Source: an uncultured Acidimicrobiaceae bacterium (GTDB taxonomy: Bacteria; Actinomycetota; Acidimicrobiia; Acidimicrobiales; Aldehydirespiratoraceae). Taken from it: a DNA stretch of 64,000 bases. The notes beneath the pieces were generated by a model. It had not been told where the DNA came from, searched no databases, and saw nothing but the letters and a program-made list of their open reading frames with translations. The translations under genes were made by a program, and so were the position numbers. Of this stretch, positions 1-9,376 are shown one piece after another. How positions within the stretch are numbered: the first letter of the stretch is position 1; each line of letters begins with the position of its first letter. Where the stretch lies: contig CAJWHS010000001.1 in NCBI GenBank assembly GCA_913041415.1, positions 3,844-67,843 on the forward strand, in the 5' to 3' direction.

Positions 1-127
1 GTCGAGCCGGAGTTCGACCTCGACGCCGCGCGCGTCGGCGACAGCAGCGACGACGGCAGCGACCGTGCCGGCGGGATCGGTTCGGCCCGACTCGGCCCAG
101 TGGGCGACAAGGTCGGCGACGACGGGA

Positions 128-1294
128 TCAGGCGTCGGCAGGATCCCACTCGGTCAGATCGGCCAGGCGGGCGTCGTTCGAGAACATCTCGACGATCGGC
201 ATCACACAATCGATGCGCTTCTGGAGTCGCTTGATCTCCAACTCCTCGTCCCACAGCGACAAGGTCACAACCAGGCCGGACTCGCCGGCACGCGCCGTGC
301 GGCCCGCTCGGTGCAGGTAGGTCTTGTGATCGTTGGGCGGGTCGTACTGGATCACCACGTCGACATCATCGACGTGGATGCCGCGAGCAGCGACGTCGGT
401 GGCCACGAGCGTGTGAAGCTTGCCGTCACTGAAGTCCTTCAGTGACTTCTCGCGGCTCGACTGACGCAGGTCACCGTGGATCGGTGCAGCCTTCACGTCG
501 AGCTCCTCGAGCTCTCGGGCGAGCCGATCAGCCATTGCCTTGGTACGGGTGAACATGATCGTGCGCTCGGCCGACTTGGCGATACTCGCTGCGACCTTCG
601 CCTTGTCCATCTTGTGCACGGCGACGAACCGGTGGGTCATCTGCTCAACGGTGACCTCTTCGGACACGACCTCGTGCATGGACGGATCGGTCTGGTACCG
701 CTTGATCAACGTGTTGACCACACCGTCGAGCGTGGCCGAGAACAACAGCGTCTGGTGATCGAACTCGACATTCCGCAGGATCCATTCGACCTGCGGAAGA
801 AAGCCCATATCGGCCATACGGTCGGCTTCGTCGACCACCACATGGTTGACGGCGGCCACCGAGATGGCGCCGCGCTCGATCAGATCGATCATGCGGCCCG
901 GGGTGGCCACGACGAGGTCGACGCCCCGCTCGAGTTTCTCGATCTGTTTCTCGATCGGCGCGCCGCCGTAAATGGCAAGGGCGGTGCGGTCGACCGCCTC
1001 GGCGGCGGGCGCCAGTTCGTCGCACACCTGATTGGCGAGCTCACGGGTGGGCACGAGTACGAGCCCGGTTGGCTTCTTCGGCTCGGCCTTCGCCATCAAC
1101 TGCAGAACGGGCAGGCCAAAGGCAAGGGTCTTGCCCGAACCGGTCTTGGCCTTGCCGCAGACATCTCGGCCGGCGAGTGCGTCGGGGATGGTGAGGGCTT
1201 GGACAGGGAAGGGGGCGGTGATCCCCCGCTCGGACAGGGCGCCGGTGATGGCATCGGCCAGCCCCAAGTCCGCGAACGTTTGTGTTTCGGTCAT
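128..1294 (-). CDS. DEAD-box ATP-dependent RNA helicase
   Basis: 388-aa ORF with Walker A AKTGSGKTLAFGLP, DEAD box VVVDEADRM, SAT motif (LFSATL) and motif VI HRAGRTARAG. Confidence 0.9.
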   Translation of the reverse strand: MTETQTFADLGLADAITGALSERGITAPFPVQALTIPDALAGRDVCGKAKTGSGKTLAFGLPVLQLMAKAEPKKPTGLVLVPTRELANQVCDELAPAAEAVDRTALAIYGGAPIEKQIEKLERGVDLVVATPGRMIDLIERGAISVAAVNHVVVDEADRMADMGFLPQVEWILRNVEFDHQTLLFSATLDGVVNTLIKRYQTDPSMHEVVSEEVTVEQMTHRFVAVHKMDKAKVAASIAKSAERTIMFTRTKAMADRLARELEELDVKAAPIHGDLRQSSREKSLKDFSDGKLHTLVATDVAARGIHVDDVDVVIQYDPPNDHKTYLHRAGRTARAGESGLVVTLSLWDEELEIKRLQKRIDCVMPIVEMFSNDARLADLTEWDPADA

Positions 1295-1394
1295 CTCTTC
1301 TCAGGGGAGCCGGGGTCCGGGAAGCGGGGTCCCCCAGCGGGTCGGGTCGTCGTGGGGTGACGACGACATCGCAAGGGTACAAGCGACCGGGCCG

Positions 1395-1685
1395 CTACGG
1401 GACGATCCGGCCGTCACGCACCTCGACCCCTTCCCTCCGCAGCCGCGCCGTCTGCTCCACCTCGTGGCTCGCCAGCAGGCGACCACTTGCTGCGATTACC
1501 CGCCACCACGCAAACGTGCCGGTGGGAGCACGTCGCAGCAACAAGCCCACGGCACGACCTGCGCCGGGGTACCCGGCCTCGGCTGCGACTTCGCCGTAGG
1601 TCACGAGGTCTCCGGGTTGCAGGGCGTCGAGTACGGCGCCCGCCGCTCGTTCGAAATTGGTCCAGGTCGAGCGGTCGGGGTCCAC
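1395..1685 (-). CDS. MGMT-fold alkyltransferase-like (ATL) protein lacking the catalytic Cys
   Basis: C-terminal 96 codons of the 156-aa ORF. The helix-turn-helix region reads YGEVAAEAGYPGAGRAVG, and AWWRV occupies the position of the PCHRV active site. The GTG start at 1685 lies 1 nt after the upstream cyclase stop. Confidence 0.65.
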   Translation of the reverse strand: MDPDRSTWTNFERAAGAVLDALQPGDLVTYGEVAAEAGYPGAGRAVGLLLRRAPTGTFAWWRVIAASGRLLASHEVEQTARLRREGVEVRDGRIVP

Positions 1686-1686
1686 G

Positions 1687-2214
1687 TCAGCGTCGGATCG
1701 CGACGACGTCGACGGGGTCCTCGACACCGGGAATCTCGCGTCGACCGGCCGGCACCGACACGATGTCGGTGTAGAGGTGGACGATGTCGTCGGCGATGGC
1801 AAGTACCTGCCGAGGTTCGGCCGCAGCGCACAACCGGGCCGCAAGGTTGACCGCATGGCCGACATAGTCGTCGCCGTCGATCAAGATCACGGGCCCCGTC
1901 GTGAAGCCAGCACGCAACGGCAGTGGCGAGCCGGAATCGGTGATCAGCCCTTCGATCTCGACCAGTGCTTCCAAGAGCGGTTCGGGCTCGACGCCGACGA
2001 GCATCGCACCGTCGCCCAACCACTTCGCGATGCGAACCCCGTGGGTCGACGCAACACCTCGAACGACCGCACGGAACGCCGACAGGATGTCGACCGCCTC
2101 ATCGTCCCCCTGCACGTCGGTGAACCGGGTGAAACCGGAGAGGTCGACGAACGCGAACGATCGCTCAACCCGGGTTGCCCGGGGATGCGAGGCATCGTGC
2201 GGCACATCGGTCAT
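1687..2214 (-). CDS. Stand-alone class III adenylate/guanylate cyclase catalytic domain protein
   Basis: Internal ATG at 2214 (MTDVPHD...). Class III cyclase motifs are FAFVDLSGFT, WLGDGAM and GHAVNLAARL. The upstream ORF extension is Arg-rich and looks non-coding. Confidence 0.75.
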   Translation of the reverse strand: MTDVPHDASHPRATRVERSFAFVDLSGFTRFTDVQGDDEAVDILSAFRAVVRGVASTHGVRIAKWLGDGAMLVGVEPEPLLEALVEIEGLITDSGSPLPLRAGFTTGPVILIDGDDYVGHAVNLAARLCAAAEPRQVLAIADDIVHLYTDIVSVPAGRREIPGVEDPVDVVAIRR

Positions 2215-2273
2215 GGCGCCACCGTAGCGATCCGATCCAGCTGGCTCCGCAATCATCGCCGTACCATCGCCCT

Positions 2274-3080
2274 GTGGACCCCTTCGCCACCCTCTCCGAC
2301 TGGCCCGGTCGTGCCGCCGCTGCCGTCGTGCAACCCGACGGCAGCGTCGATCGATGGGGTGACACCACCGAGCCGTTTGCGCTGGCATCGGTCACCAAAC
2401 TGCTCACCGCCTTGACCGTGCTGATCGCCCACGAGGAGGGCACCCTCGATCTCGACGAGCCGATCGGACCCGGCGGCTCGACCACCACCGACCTGCTCGC
2501 TCACACCGCCGGAGTCGCCCCTGACACGCTCGACCAACTCGCACCACCCCGCACCCGCCGCATCTACTCAACCTCGGCCTACGACCTCGCTGCCAACGCC
2601 GTGACCGAACGCTCCGGGATCGCCTTTCAGGACTATCTCGACGAGGCGCTGACCATCCCGCTCGGCCTGTGCGCCACCCGCCTCAGCGGATCCGCCGGTG
2701 CCGGGGCACGGGCCTCCGTCGAAGATCTCGTCCGGGTGATCGACGCCTGGCGCCGGCCCGTCCTCATCGGTGAGCCCACCTTGCAGCGGGCCGTCACTTC
2801 CCATCTCCCCGATCTCGACGGCGTGCTTCCCGGATTCGGTACCCAACGCCCGAACCCATGGGGTATCGGCCCGGAGATTCGGGGCCACAAGAATCCCCAC
2901 TGGACGGCCGCCGGCAACAGCCCTCGCACCTACGGCCACTTCGGGCAGGCGGGCACGATGCTGTGGATCGACCCGGATGCCCGCACCGCAGCCGTGGCGT
3001 TGTGCACCGAACCGTTCGGCCCCTGGGCAGCTGCGGCGTGGCCCCGTTTCAGCGCCGACGCGCTGGCATCGGCGACCTGA
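2274..3080 (+). CDS. Serine hydrolase, beta-lactamase/transpeptidase-like family
   Basis: S-x-x-K motif (ASVTKLLTA) near the N-terminus. A GTG start at 2274 is assumed; the track ORF begins at 2175. Confidence 0.65.
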   Translation: MDPFATLSDWPGRAAAAVVQPDGSVDRWGDTTEPFALASVTKLLTALTVLIAHEEGTLDLDEPIGPGGSTTTDLLAHTAGVAPDTLDQLAPPRTRRIYSTSAYDLAANAVTERSGIAFQDYLDEALTIPLGLCATRLSGSAGAGARASVEDLVRVIDAWRRPVLIGEPTLQRAVTSHLPDLDGVLPGFGTQRPNPWGIGPEIRGHKNPHWTAAGNSPRTYGHFGQAGTMLWIDPDARTAAVALCTEPFGPWAAAAWPRFSADALASAT

Positions 3081-3132
3081 GCGCCCTCCGCAACACGACA
3101 ACCACTCCCGGATCGACGAAGGCGGTCGACCG

Positions 3133-4119
3133 TCAGGTCTGGTGGTGGCGATCAGCGATGAGGCTGATGATCTCGAACATGATCGCCATCGAGCGATAGC
3201 TGGTGATCTGGTTCGGCGAATCGACGGTCGGCATGAGACATACGACATCACCGCCGATGACGTTCTTGCCGCGAACGCAACGAAGGAGTTCCATCACCTG
3301 ATCGATGCCGAACCCTTCGATGCCGGCCTCGATGTTGGCCACCCCGGGGGCGACCATCGGATCGAGGCAGTCGAGGTCGAAGGTGATGTAGACGGGGCGA
3401 TCACCGATCGTTTCGTCGATGACCTCCATCACCTGCTCGGCACCCATGGAGTCGTAGTCGGTCTTCTTGATGACCGTGTAGCCGAGGTCGTAGGACGGGT
3501 CGAGCCATTCCAGACTTCGGGTGTTGCCGCGGATGCCCACCTGCACCGAGTGTTGAGGGTCGACATGACCCTCGGTCACCAGATAACTCGCCCAATGGGC
3601 TGCCGACTTCACCGCCCCCATGAAATGGGGGATGTTGTGAAAGGCGTCGGTATGAGCGTCGAAGTGCAGGAGGCACGCCTTCTCACCACCGGTCAGGTTG
3701 CCGCCACCGAGCGCTTGGAGAATGCCTCCGGTGATCGAATGGTCACCGCCGATGGACACCGGCCGACAGCCGGCGGCGTCGAGTCGGGCGTAGTACTCGG
3801 TGATCATCTCGATCGAGCGCTCGTTGTTGTTGCCTTCGCTCAGCGGCACGTCACCCAGGTCACGGACCCGGGCCATCTCCCACGGGTCGATGCCGAAGTG
3901 GTTGTGGACCCGGCGGCCGATCGCCGACACATTGCGGACGGCGCGGGGTCCGAGATGCTGGTCACGTTGTGTCGTCCCGTTGCCGGTCGAGTGCGGGACA
4001 CCGACCAGACCGATGTCGGCGTTGGCGGGATCCTCGTCGTGCTCGCATCGGAACAGGGTCGGGATCCCGTACCAAAAGATCCCGTTCATCAAGCGCTGCT
4101 GGTCGTCGAGCTCGGTCAT
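3133..4119 (-). CDS. Agmatinase/ureohydrolase (arginase family)
   Basis: Mn-binding motifs HFDAHTDAF, GGDHSITGG and TFDLDCLDP. Confidence 0.85.
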   Translation of the reverse strand: MTELDDQQRLMNGIFWYGIPTLFRCEHDEDPANADIGLVGVPHSTGNGTTQRDQHLGPRAVRNVSAIGRRVHNHFGIDPWEMARVRDLGDVPLSEGNNNERSIEMITEYYARLDAAGCRPVSIGGDHSITGGILQALGGGNLTGGEKACLLHFDAHTDAFHNIPHFMGAVKSAAHWASYLVTEGHVDPQHSVQVGIRGNTRSLEWLDPSYDLGYTVIKKTDYDSMGAEQVMEVIDETIGDRPVYITFDLDCLDPMVAPGVANIEAGIEGFGIDQVMELLRCVRGKNVIGGDVVCLMPTVDSPNQITSYRSMAIMFEIISLIADRHHQT

Positions 4120-4164
4120 GACCGCACGCTAGATCAGCCGACCCCGACCGATCAGCTCGACGGG

Positions 4165-5001
4165 CTACGCGCCGTCGATGGAGTCCGCAGCGCCGACGAT
4201 GTCGTCGGCCGAGTCATCCTCGGGACGGCGACCCCGCAACAGGAGCCAGGCGCCCGCGATCGCAATGCCGATGATGCTCATCCAGATATTGATGCGCACC
4301 CCACCGACCTCGGTGGCCGGATCGATACGAATCGTCTCAAGCCACAGTCGGGCGACCAAGTAACCGACGACGTAGACCGCGAGCAGTGCACCGCGGCGTA
4401 GCTTGCCCGTGCGATCGACCCACACCAGGAACAGCGTGAGCCCGAGGTTCCACAGCGATTCGTAGAGGAAGGTCGGGTGGAACGTCTCGACCCCGCGATG
4501 GCCGGCTGAGGCCGCCACATCAGGGTCGATCTCGACCGCCCACGGAAGCTCGCTCGGGCCGCCGAAGAGTTCCTGGTTGAAGTAGTTGCCCCAGCGTCCG
4601 ATCGCCTGCGCCAGAGGAAGCCCGGGGACGATCGCATCGAGCAACGTCGGTTGGTCCCAGCCATTGCGGCGGATCATCCAGAGACCGACGAGCACACCGG
4701 CAGCGATACCGCCCGGAATACCGAGGCCGCCCTCCCAGATCTTGAACGGCTGCGCCCAACCCTCGTCGAAGCGCCAGTCGGTGAGGACGTGGTAGGCGCG
4801 GGCGCCGATCAGCCCGGCGGGCACCGCCCACAGCGCAATGGTCGAGATGTCGTCGGGATTGCCGCCGCGGGCCGTCCACCGCCGCTGCGAGAGCAGGACG
4901 GCGGCCACCACACCCAAGGCGATCATCACGCCGTAGGCCCGAAGGGTGAGCGGCCCGAGTTCGATAACGCTCTCGGACGGGCTGGGGATCGAAGCGAGCA
5001 T
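4165..5001 (-). CDS. lgt: Prolipoprotein diacylglyceryl transferase
   Basis: Polytopic membrane protein with the Lgt signatures WEGGLGIPGG and GRWGNYFNQELFG. Confidence 0.9.
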   Translation of the reverse strand: MLASIPSPSESVIELGPLTLRAYGVMIALGVVAAVLLSQRRWTARGGNPDDISTIALWAVPAGLIGARAYHVLTDWRFDEGWAQPFKIWEGGLGIPGGIAAGVLVGLWMIRRNGWDQPTLLDAIVPGLPLAQAIGRWGNYFNQELFGGPSELPWAVEIDPDVAASAGHRGVETFHPTFLYESLWNLGLTLFLVWVDRTGKLRRGALLAVYVVGYLVARLWLETIRIDPATEVGGVRINIWMSIIGIAIAGAWLLLRGRRPEDDSADDIVGAADSIDGA

Positions 5002-5069
5002 GCGGAGACAACCCTACGCGTCGCCGACGGATTCCAACGGCGCGCCCGACCCCAGGCGGGGTCATCGGT

Positions 5070-6881
5070 TCAGGTCGACAACAAACGACCGCGAGCGGCG
5101 CTGAGATCGCCGGCGCCGGCGATGACGGCCGGCAACAAACCAGGAACACCGGCGAGCCGGTTGGCGGCAAAGAAGCGGGCCATCACGGCGCGGTCCTCGG
5201 CTTCCTCGGCGCCAAGCGAACGAGCTGAAAGTGCCGCGTCGGCCAGGATCTGACCACCTGTGGTGATGGCCATCATGTTCAGGTACGCCATCGCACCGGC
5301 GAGCATGTCGGACGGGTTCGAGCCCGACACCTCGAGGAGATACTCGGTCGCCGCACGGAGCGCATCGAGCGCGAGCAACAATTGCTCCCGCACCGACTCA
5401 AGCTCCTCGACACCCTCGAGGGAGGCGATGGTGGCGCCAATCTCGGCGAGGTGGTCACGAACGACCCCGCCCTGACGCATTCCGAGCTTGCGACCAGCGA
5501 GATCGATCGCCTGGATGCCGTTGGTGCCCTCGTAGATCGGGGCGATGCGGGCGTCGCGGAAGTGCTGAGCAGCGCCGGTCTCCTCGACGAAGCCCATGCC
5601 GCCGTGGATCTGCACACCGATGGACGCGAGCTCGACACCCATGTCGGTGCACCAGCTCTTCGACAGCGGGGTGAGCAATGCGGCTCGTTCGTCGCCCTTG
5701 GTGCGCGCGTTGTCGTCGGCACCGTGGTGGGCATGATCGAGCGCCTCGGCGTTGCGATACGTGAGGCCTCGCATCGCGGCGATCGTCGACTTCATGTCGA
5801 GCAGCATGCGCTGAACGTCGGGATGATCGATGATCGGCGACTCGGTGCCGGGCGCCGCGCCGATCGCGCGGCCCTGGGTGCGCTCATGGGCGTAGCCGAG
5901 CGCCTGCTGGTAGGCCCGCTCGGCGATGCCGACGCCCTCGACGCCCACGCCGAGACGGGCGTTGTTCATCATCGTGAACATGCAGCGCATGCCTTGATGC
6001 TCCTCACCGAGGAGGTAGCCCACCGCACCACCGTTGTCGCCGTACTGCATGACGCACGTCGGGCTGCCATGAATGCCGAGCTTGTGTTCGATGCTCACGC
6101 AGGTGAGGTCGTTGCGCTCGCCGAGCGTGCCATCGTCGTTGACGAGGAACTTCGGGACGATGAAGAGGCTGATGCCCTTCGTGCCGGGAGGGGAACCAGG
6201 GGTTCGGGCGAGCACCAGGTGCACGATGTTGTCGGCAACATCATGCTCACCCCAGGTGATGAAGATCTTCTGGCCGAAGATGCGCCAGGTGCCATCGTCG
6301 GCTGGTTCGGCCTTGGAGGTGAGCGCGCCCACGTCGGAGCCGGCGTGTGGCTCGGTGAGGTTCATCGTGCCGGTCCATTCACCGCTGACGAGCTTCTGGA
6401 GGTAGATCTCCTTCTGGCTCTCGTCGCCGTGATGCATGATCGCTTCGATGGCACCCCGGCTGAGCAGCGGGCCCAGCGCAAGCGCCATGTTGGCTGTCGT
6501 GGTCATCTCCTCCACGGCCGTGGAGAGCAGCTGCGGGAACCCACCGCCGCCGTAGGCCTCAGGGAACCCGATGCCGTTCCAGCCAGACTCGACGAGCTTT
6601 CCGTAGGCCGCAGCGAAACCGGGGGCAGTGGTGATGCTGCCGTCCTCATTGAGCTTGGTGCCGACCGTGTCGCCGTCGCGGTTGGTCGGGGCCACCACCT
6701 CATCGAAGAAACGACCCGCCTCAGCAACGAGACCGTCGATGAGATCAGGGTCGGCGTGCTCGTACCCCTCGAGCTTGGCGAGGGCGTCGAGATCGGCCAC
6801 GTGCCGAAGGGTGAACGTGATGTCCTCGATGGGGCTCCGGAAGTCGCTCATGGTGGCAAAGGGTAGTGGCTCACCTGGCAC
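5070..6881 (-). CDS. Long-form acyl-CoA dehydrogenase
   Basis: 603 aa with [14 protein letters not shown] and [12 protein letters not shown]...YEGTNGIQ motifs plus an extended C-terminal domain. Confidence 0.9.
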   Translation of the reverse strand: MPGEPLPFATMSDFRSPIEDITFTLRHVADLDALAKLEGYEHADPDLIDGLVAEAGRFFDEVVAPTNRDGDTVGTKLNEDGSITTAPGFAAAYGKLVESGWNGIGFPEAYGGGGFPQLLSTAVEEMTTTANMALALGPLLSRGAIEAIMHHGDESQKEIYLQKLVSGEWTGTMNLTEPHAGSDVGALTSKAEPADDGTWRIFGQKIFITWGEHDVADNIVHLVLARTPGSPPGTKGISLFIVPKFLVNDDGTLGERNDLTCVSIEHKLGIHGSPTCVMQYGDNGGAVGYLLGEEHQGMRCMFTMMNNARLGVGVEGVGIAERAYQQALGYAHERTQGRAIGAAPGTESPIIDHPDVQRMLLDMKSTIAAMRGLTYRNAEALDHAHHGADDNARTKGDERAALLTPLSKSWCTDMGVELASIGVQIHGGMGFVEETGAAQHFRDARIAPIYEGTNGIQAIDLAGRKLGMRQGGVVRDHLAEIGATIASLEGVEELESVREQLLLALDALRAATEYLLEVSGSNPSDMLAGAMAYLNMMAITTGGQILADAALSARSLGAEEAEDRAVMARFFAANRLAGVPGLLPAVIAGAGDLSAARGRLLST

Positions 6882-6887
6882 CCCGGG

Positions 6888-7898
6888 CTATCGGCGCAGT
6901 GCCCGTTTCACCCAACGATCGAGCCGTTCCCGCGGCACCGCTTCGAGGATCACGCCGCGGCGGGTCGCGATGATGGAGTTGACCTCTGCACCGAGCAGCA
7001 GGCCCATGGCCATCAGGTAGAGCCAAAAGAGCAGGCTCAGCGCGCCGCCGAGAAAACCGAAGATGGCGTTTGCACCACGTGACGCAAGCCCGAGGTAGGT
7101 GCCGAAGCCGAGCGACACGACGGTCCACCACACCGATGCCAACAGGGCACCCGGAAGCTCGTACTTCCACGGCGACCGATGGTTCGGCGCGATGTTGTAC
7201 AGCGAGGCGGCCCAGCCGATCAGTGCAAGGAAGACAACCGGCCAGCGGAACCATGTCCACAGCACGGTGAACCACCCATCGACACCGAGCCGCTCGGCGA
7301 GCTCGGCACCCTCGCCGAAGAGCGGGCCCACGACGATCAGCATGAGCACGATGGCGGCGACCACGATCGTCATCGCGGTCAGTCCGATCCCGACGATCCG
7401 AGTCGACAGCCAGTTCCGCTGTTGTTCGTGGTCGTAGGCGACATCGAGTGCCCGGACGACGGCCGTGAAGCCACGCGACGCGGCATACGCCGCAAGCGCC
7501 ACACCGACCGTGAAGGCACTGCCGTTGTCGGAGGCGAACAGATCACGCACGACACCCTCGACGTTGCTGTCACCGCCGAGCACGGTCGTGACCTGATCGA
7601 CCAGCCAGGTCTCGATGTCGGTGGCTGCGGCTGTGCCGAGAATCCCGTCAGCCGAGCCCAGTGCGGCGGCCAGCACGATCAACGCCGGGAAGAAACCGAG
7701 CAGGGCGAAGAACGCGATCTCGGCGGCGAGGCCACCGACGCGGTCCTTGGACCACTCGTCGATGATGTCACGCACAAACCGGTACGACCATCGCCCTCCC
7801 CGCCCGGCGACGTCGCCGATCCAACGCTGCGCACTCGCTCGGCCCACGGCCCAAAGGGTACGGTGCCCGCCGATGGACAACGTCGCGGCATGCATCAA
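6888..7898 (-). CDS. YihY/BrkB family inner-membrane protein
   Basis: Motif GGLAAEIAFFALLGFFPALI and a multi-TM profile. The start is uncertain because it overlaps the next gene's start by 26 nt. Confidence 0.75.
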   Translation of the reverse strand: MMHAATLSIGGHRTLWAVGRASAQRWIGDVAGRGGRWSYRFVRDIIDEWSKDRVGGLAAEIAFFALLGFFPALIVLAAALGSADGILGTAAATDIETWLVDQVTTVLGGDSNVEGVVRDLFASDNGSAFTVGVALAAYAASRGFTAVVRALDVAYDHEQQRNWLSTRIVGIGLTAMTIVVAAIVLMLIVVGPLFGEGAELAERLGVDGWFTVLWTWFRWPVVFLALIGWAASLYNIAPNHRSPWKYELPGALLASVWWTVVSLGFGTYLGLASRGANAIFGFLGGALSLLFWLYLMAMGLLLGAEVNSIIATRRGVILEAVPRERLDRWVKRALRR

Positions 7899-8307
7899 CG
7901 TGCTTTTCGAGATCGCTGAAGCGATGGACGCCGCGGCCTACGACACCCTCGAGTCGCTGCTCGAACACGCAGCGCTCATCGACGGCGCGAGCGGCTCGGT
8001 GCTCGCCGAGGGCGGCGCAGCAGCAGTCGCCCATTTCCGTTCGGTCGTCAAGGTCCACCCCGATGGCACCTGGCGAACCAAACACGTCACCACCAACCCG
8101 ATCGTCGCCGTGAACGACGACGAGGCGACAATTCGCTCGATGTACACCGTCTTCCAGCAGACCGAGGCGCTGCCGATGCAGGCGATCATTGCGGGTCGCT
8201 ACCACGACACCCTGCGCCGAATCGACGGCACGTGGCGCCTCGTCGAGCGTCGCTACTTCGCCGACCTGATCGGAGATCTCTCCGACCACCTCACCTTCGA
8301 GCTCTGA
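7873..8307 (+). CDS. NTF2/SnoaL-like small protein
   Basis: Last 144 codons of the 230-aa ORF, starting at ATG 7873. The SnoaL_4-like C-terminus reads GRYHDTLRRIDGTWRLVERRY. Confidence 0.5.
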   Translation: MDNVAACINVLFEIAEAMDAAAYDTLESLLEHAALIDGASGSVLAEGGAAAVAHFRSVVKVHPDGTWRTKHVTTNPIVAVNDDEATIRSMYTVFQQTEALPMQAIIAGRYHDTLRRIDGTWRLVERRYFADLIGDLSDHLTFEL

Positions 8308-8406
8308 ACCTCGAATGTCGCCGACAGGCAGCAAGCGACAGGTATCGGGCGGCGGGAACATCTCGGGATCCGCATCGGTTGAACCAGTCCCGGCCGTAAG
8401 CGCATC

Positions 8407-9336
8407 GTGACCGATCACACCGTCTCACCCATCGACGCCGTCGATCGTGTCGCCCTCGATCAGCCCCGACGCTTCGAAGCCAGCGACTTCGACCTCACGC
8501 GTCTGTGCGAACTCAAGGGCGCCACCACCGTTTCGGTGTGCGTGCCTGCTCGCGACGAGGCCGAGACCGTGGGGCCGATCGTGCAGACGATCTCGACCCT
8601 TCAGCACCGTGGTCTCGTCGACGAGATCGTGGTGATGGACGATCGCAGCACGGACGCAACAGCCGAGGTCGCCGCCGCCGCCGGAGCACGAGTGGTCTCG
8701 GTCCCCGACGTGCTCCCCGAGGCCGGCACCGCCACCGGCAAGGGCAATGTGTTGTGGGCCAGCGTCGCTGCCAGCGCGGGCGATGTGATCGTCTGGATCG
8801 ACGCCGACCTGCGCAGCTTCACACCCGACTACGTGATCGGCTTGCTCGGCCCACTGCTCACCGACCCCGAGGTCACCCTCGTCAAGGGCTCCTTCGACCG
8901 CCCCACGGCCGGTGGCGCCGGCGGCGGGCGCACGACCGAACTGATGGCTCGCCCCGTGCTCGCCACCTTTTTCCCCGAACTCGGCGTGATCGAGCAGCCG
9001 CTGGGCGGCGAGTACGCGAGTCGCCGCTCGATCCTCGAACAACTCCCCTTCCCGCAGGGCTACGGCGTCGAGACCGGACTCTTGATCGACATCGCTCACC
9101 GCTGGGGTGTCGGTCGCATCGCCCAGGTTGACCTCGGCGTTCGCGAGCACCGCCATCAGTCATTGAGCGCGCTGTCCTCGCAGGCGATGGAAGTTCTCCA
9201 CGCCGCCCTCCTTCGAACCGGGGCCGACAGGGCCACGCTCAGCCGAGTGCTGATGCGCCCCGACGCGGCGCCGGTCGAGGTGCGGGTCGACGAACGGCCC
9301 CCGCTGATCGAGATACCGGGCTATCGCGACCGCTGA
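8407..9336 (+). CDS. gpgS: Glucosyl-3-phosphoglycerate synthase-like GT-A glycosyltransferase
   Basis: VSVCVPARDEAETVG, VVMDDRSTDATA, GKGNVLW and WIDADL (DxD) match the GT81 GpgS layout from memory. Confidence 0.7.
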   Translation: MTDHTVSPIDAVDRVALDQPRRFEASDFDLTRLCELKGATTVSVCVPARDEAETVGPIVQTISTLQHRGLVDEIVVMDDRSTDATAEVAAAAGARVVSVPDVLPEAGTATGKGNVLWASVAASAGDVIVWIDADLRSFTPDYVIGLLGPLLTDPEVTLVKGSFDRPTAGGAGGGRTTELMARPVLATFFPELGVIEQPLGGEYASRRSILEQLPFPQGYGVETGLLIDIAHRWGVGRIAQVDLGVREHRHQSLSALSSQAMEVLHAALLRTGADRATLSRVLMRPDAAPVEVRVDERPPLIEIPGYRDR

Positions 9337-9376
9337 CCGTCGAGTGGCCAGCGGGCGGGACCTACACTCGCCTCTC

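Noticed and set aside
1-127. Partial coding sequence at the left edge, including the 65-445 (+) ORF.
   Set aside because: Both strands show GC3-rich frames. The minus frame (…VVADLVAHWAESGRTDPAG…) looks protein-like but has no canonical start after an in-frame TGA. The plus frame would overlap the helicase by more than 100 nt. I cannot assign strand or product, so it is not reported as a feature.
1273-1286. CGAACGTTTGTGTT, an SOS-box-like sequence at the helicase start.
   Set aside because: The second half-site is GTGT, and it lies inside the first codons of the helicase (MTETQTFADL).
476-1360. Long ORFs antisense to well-supported genes. Examples are 476-1360 (+), 5382-6866 (+), 28001-29128 (+), 32179-33471 (+), 36802-38535 (+), 57933-58600 (+) and 60100-61695 (-).
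   Set aside because: These are typical shadow ORFs of high-GC coding DNA. Their translations are Arg/Gly/His-rich with no motifs, while the opposite strand encodes clear helicase, AcDH, DapF, RecA, ParC-like, ABC ATPase and IlvC proteins.
7873-7898. 26-nt head-to-head overlap of the YihY-family and SnoaL-like genes as a regulatory curiosity.
   Set aside because: This is most likely a start-codon ambiguity for the YihY gene, so it is not treated as real.
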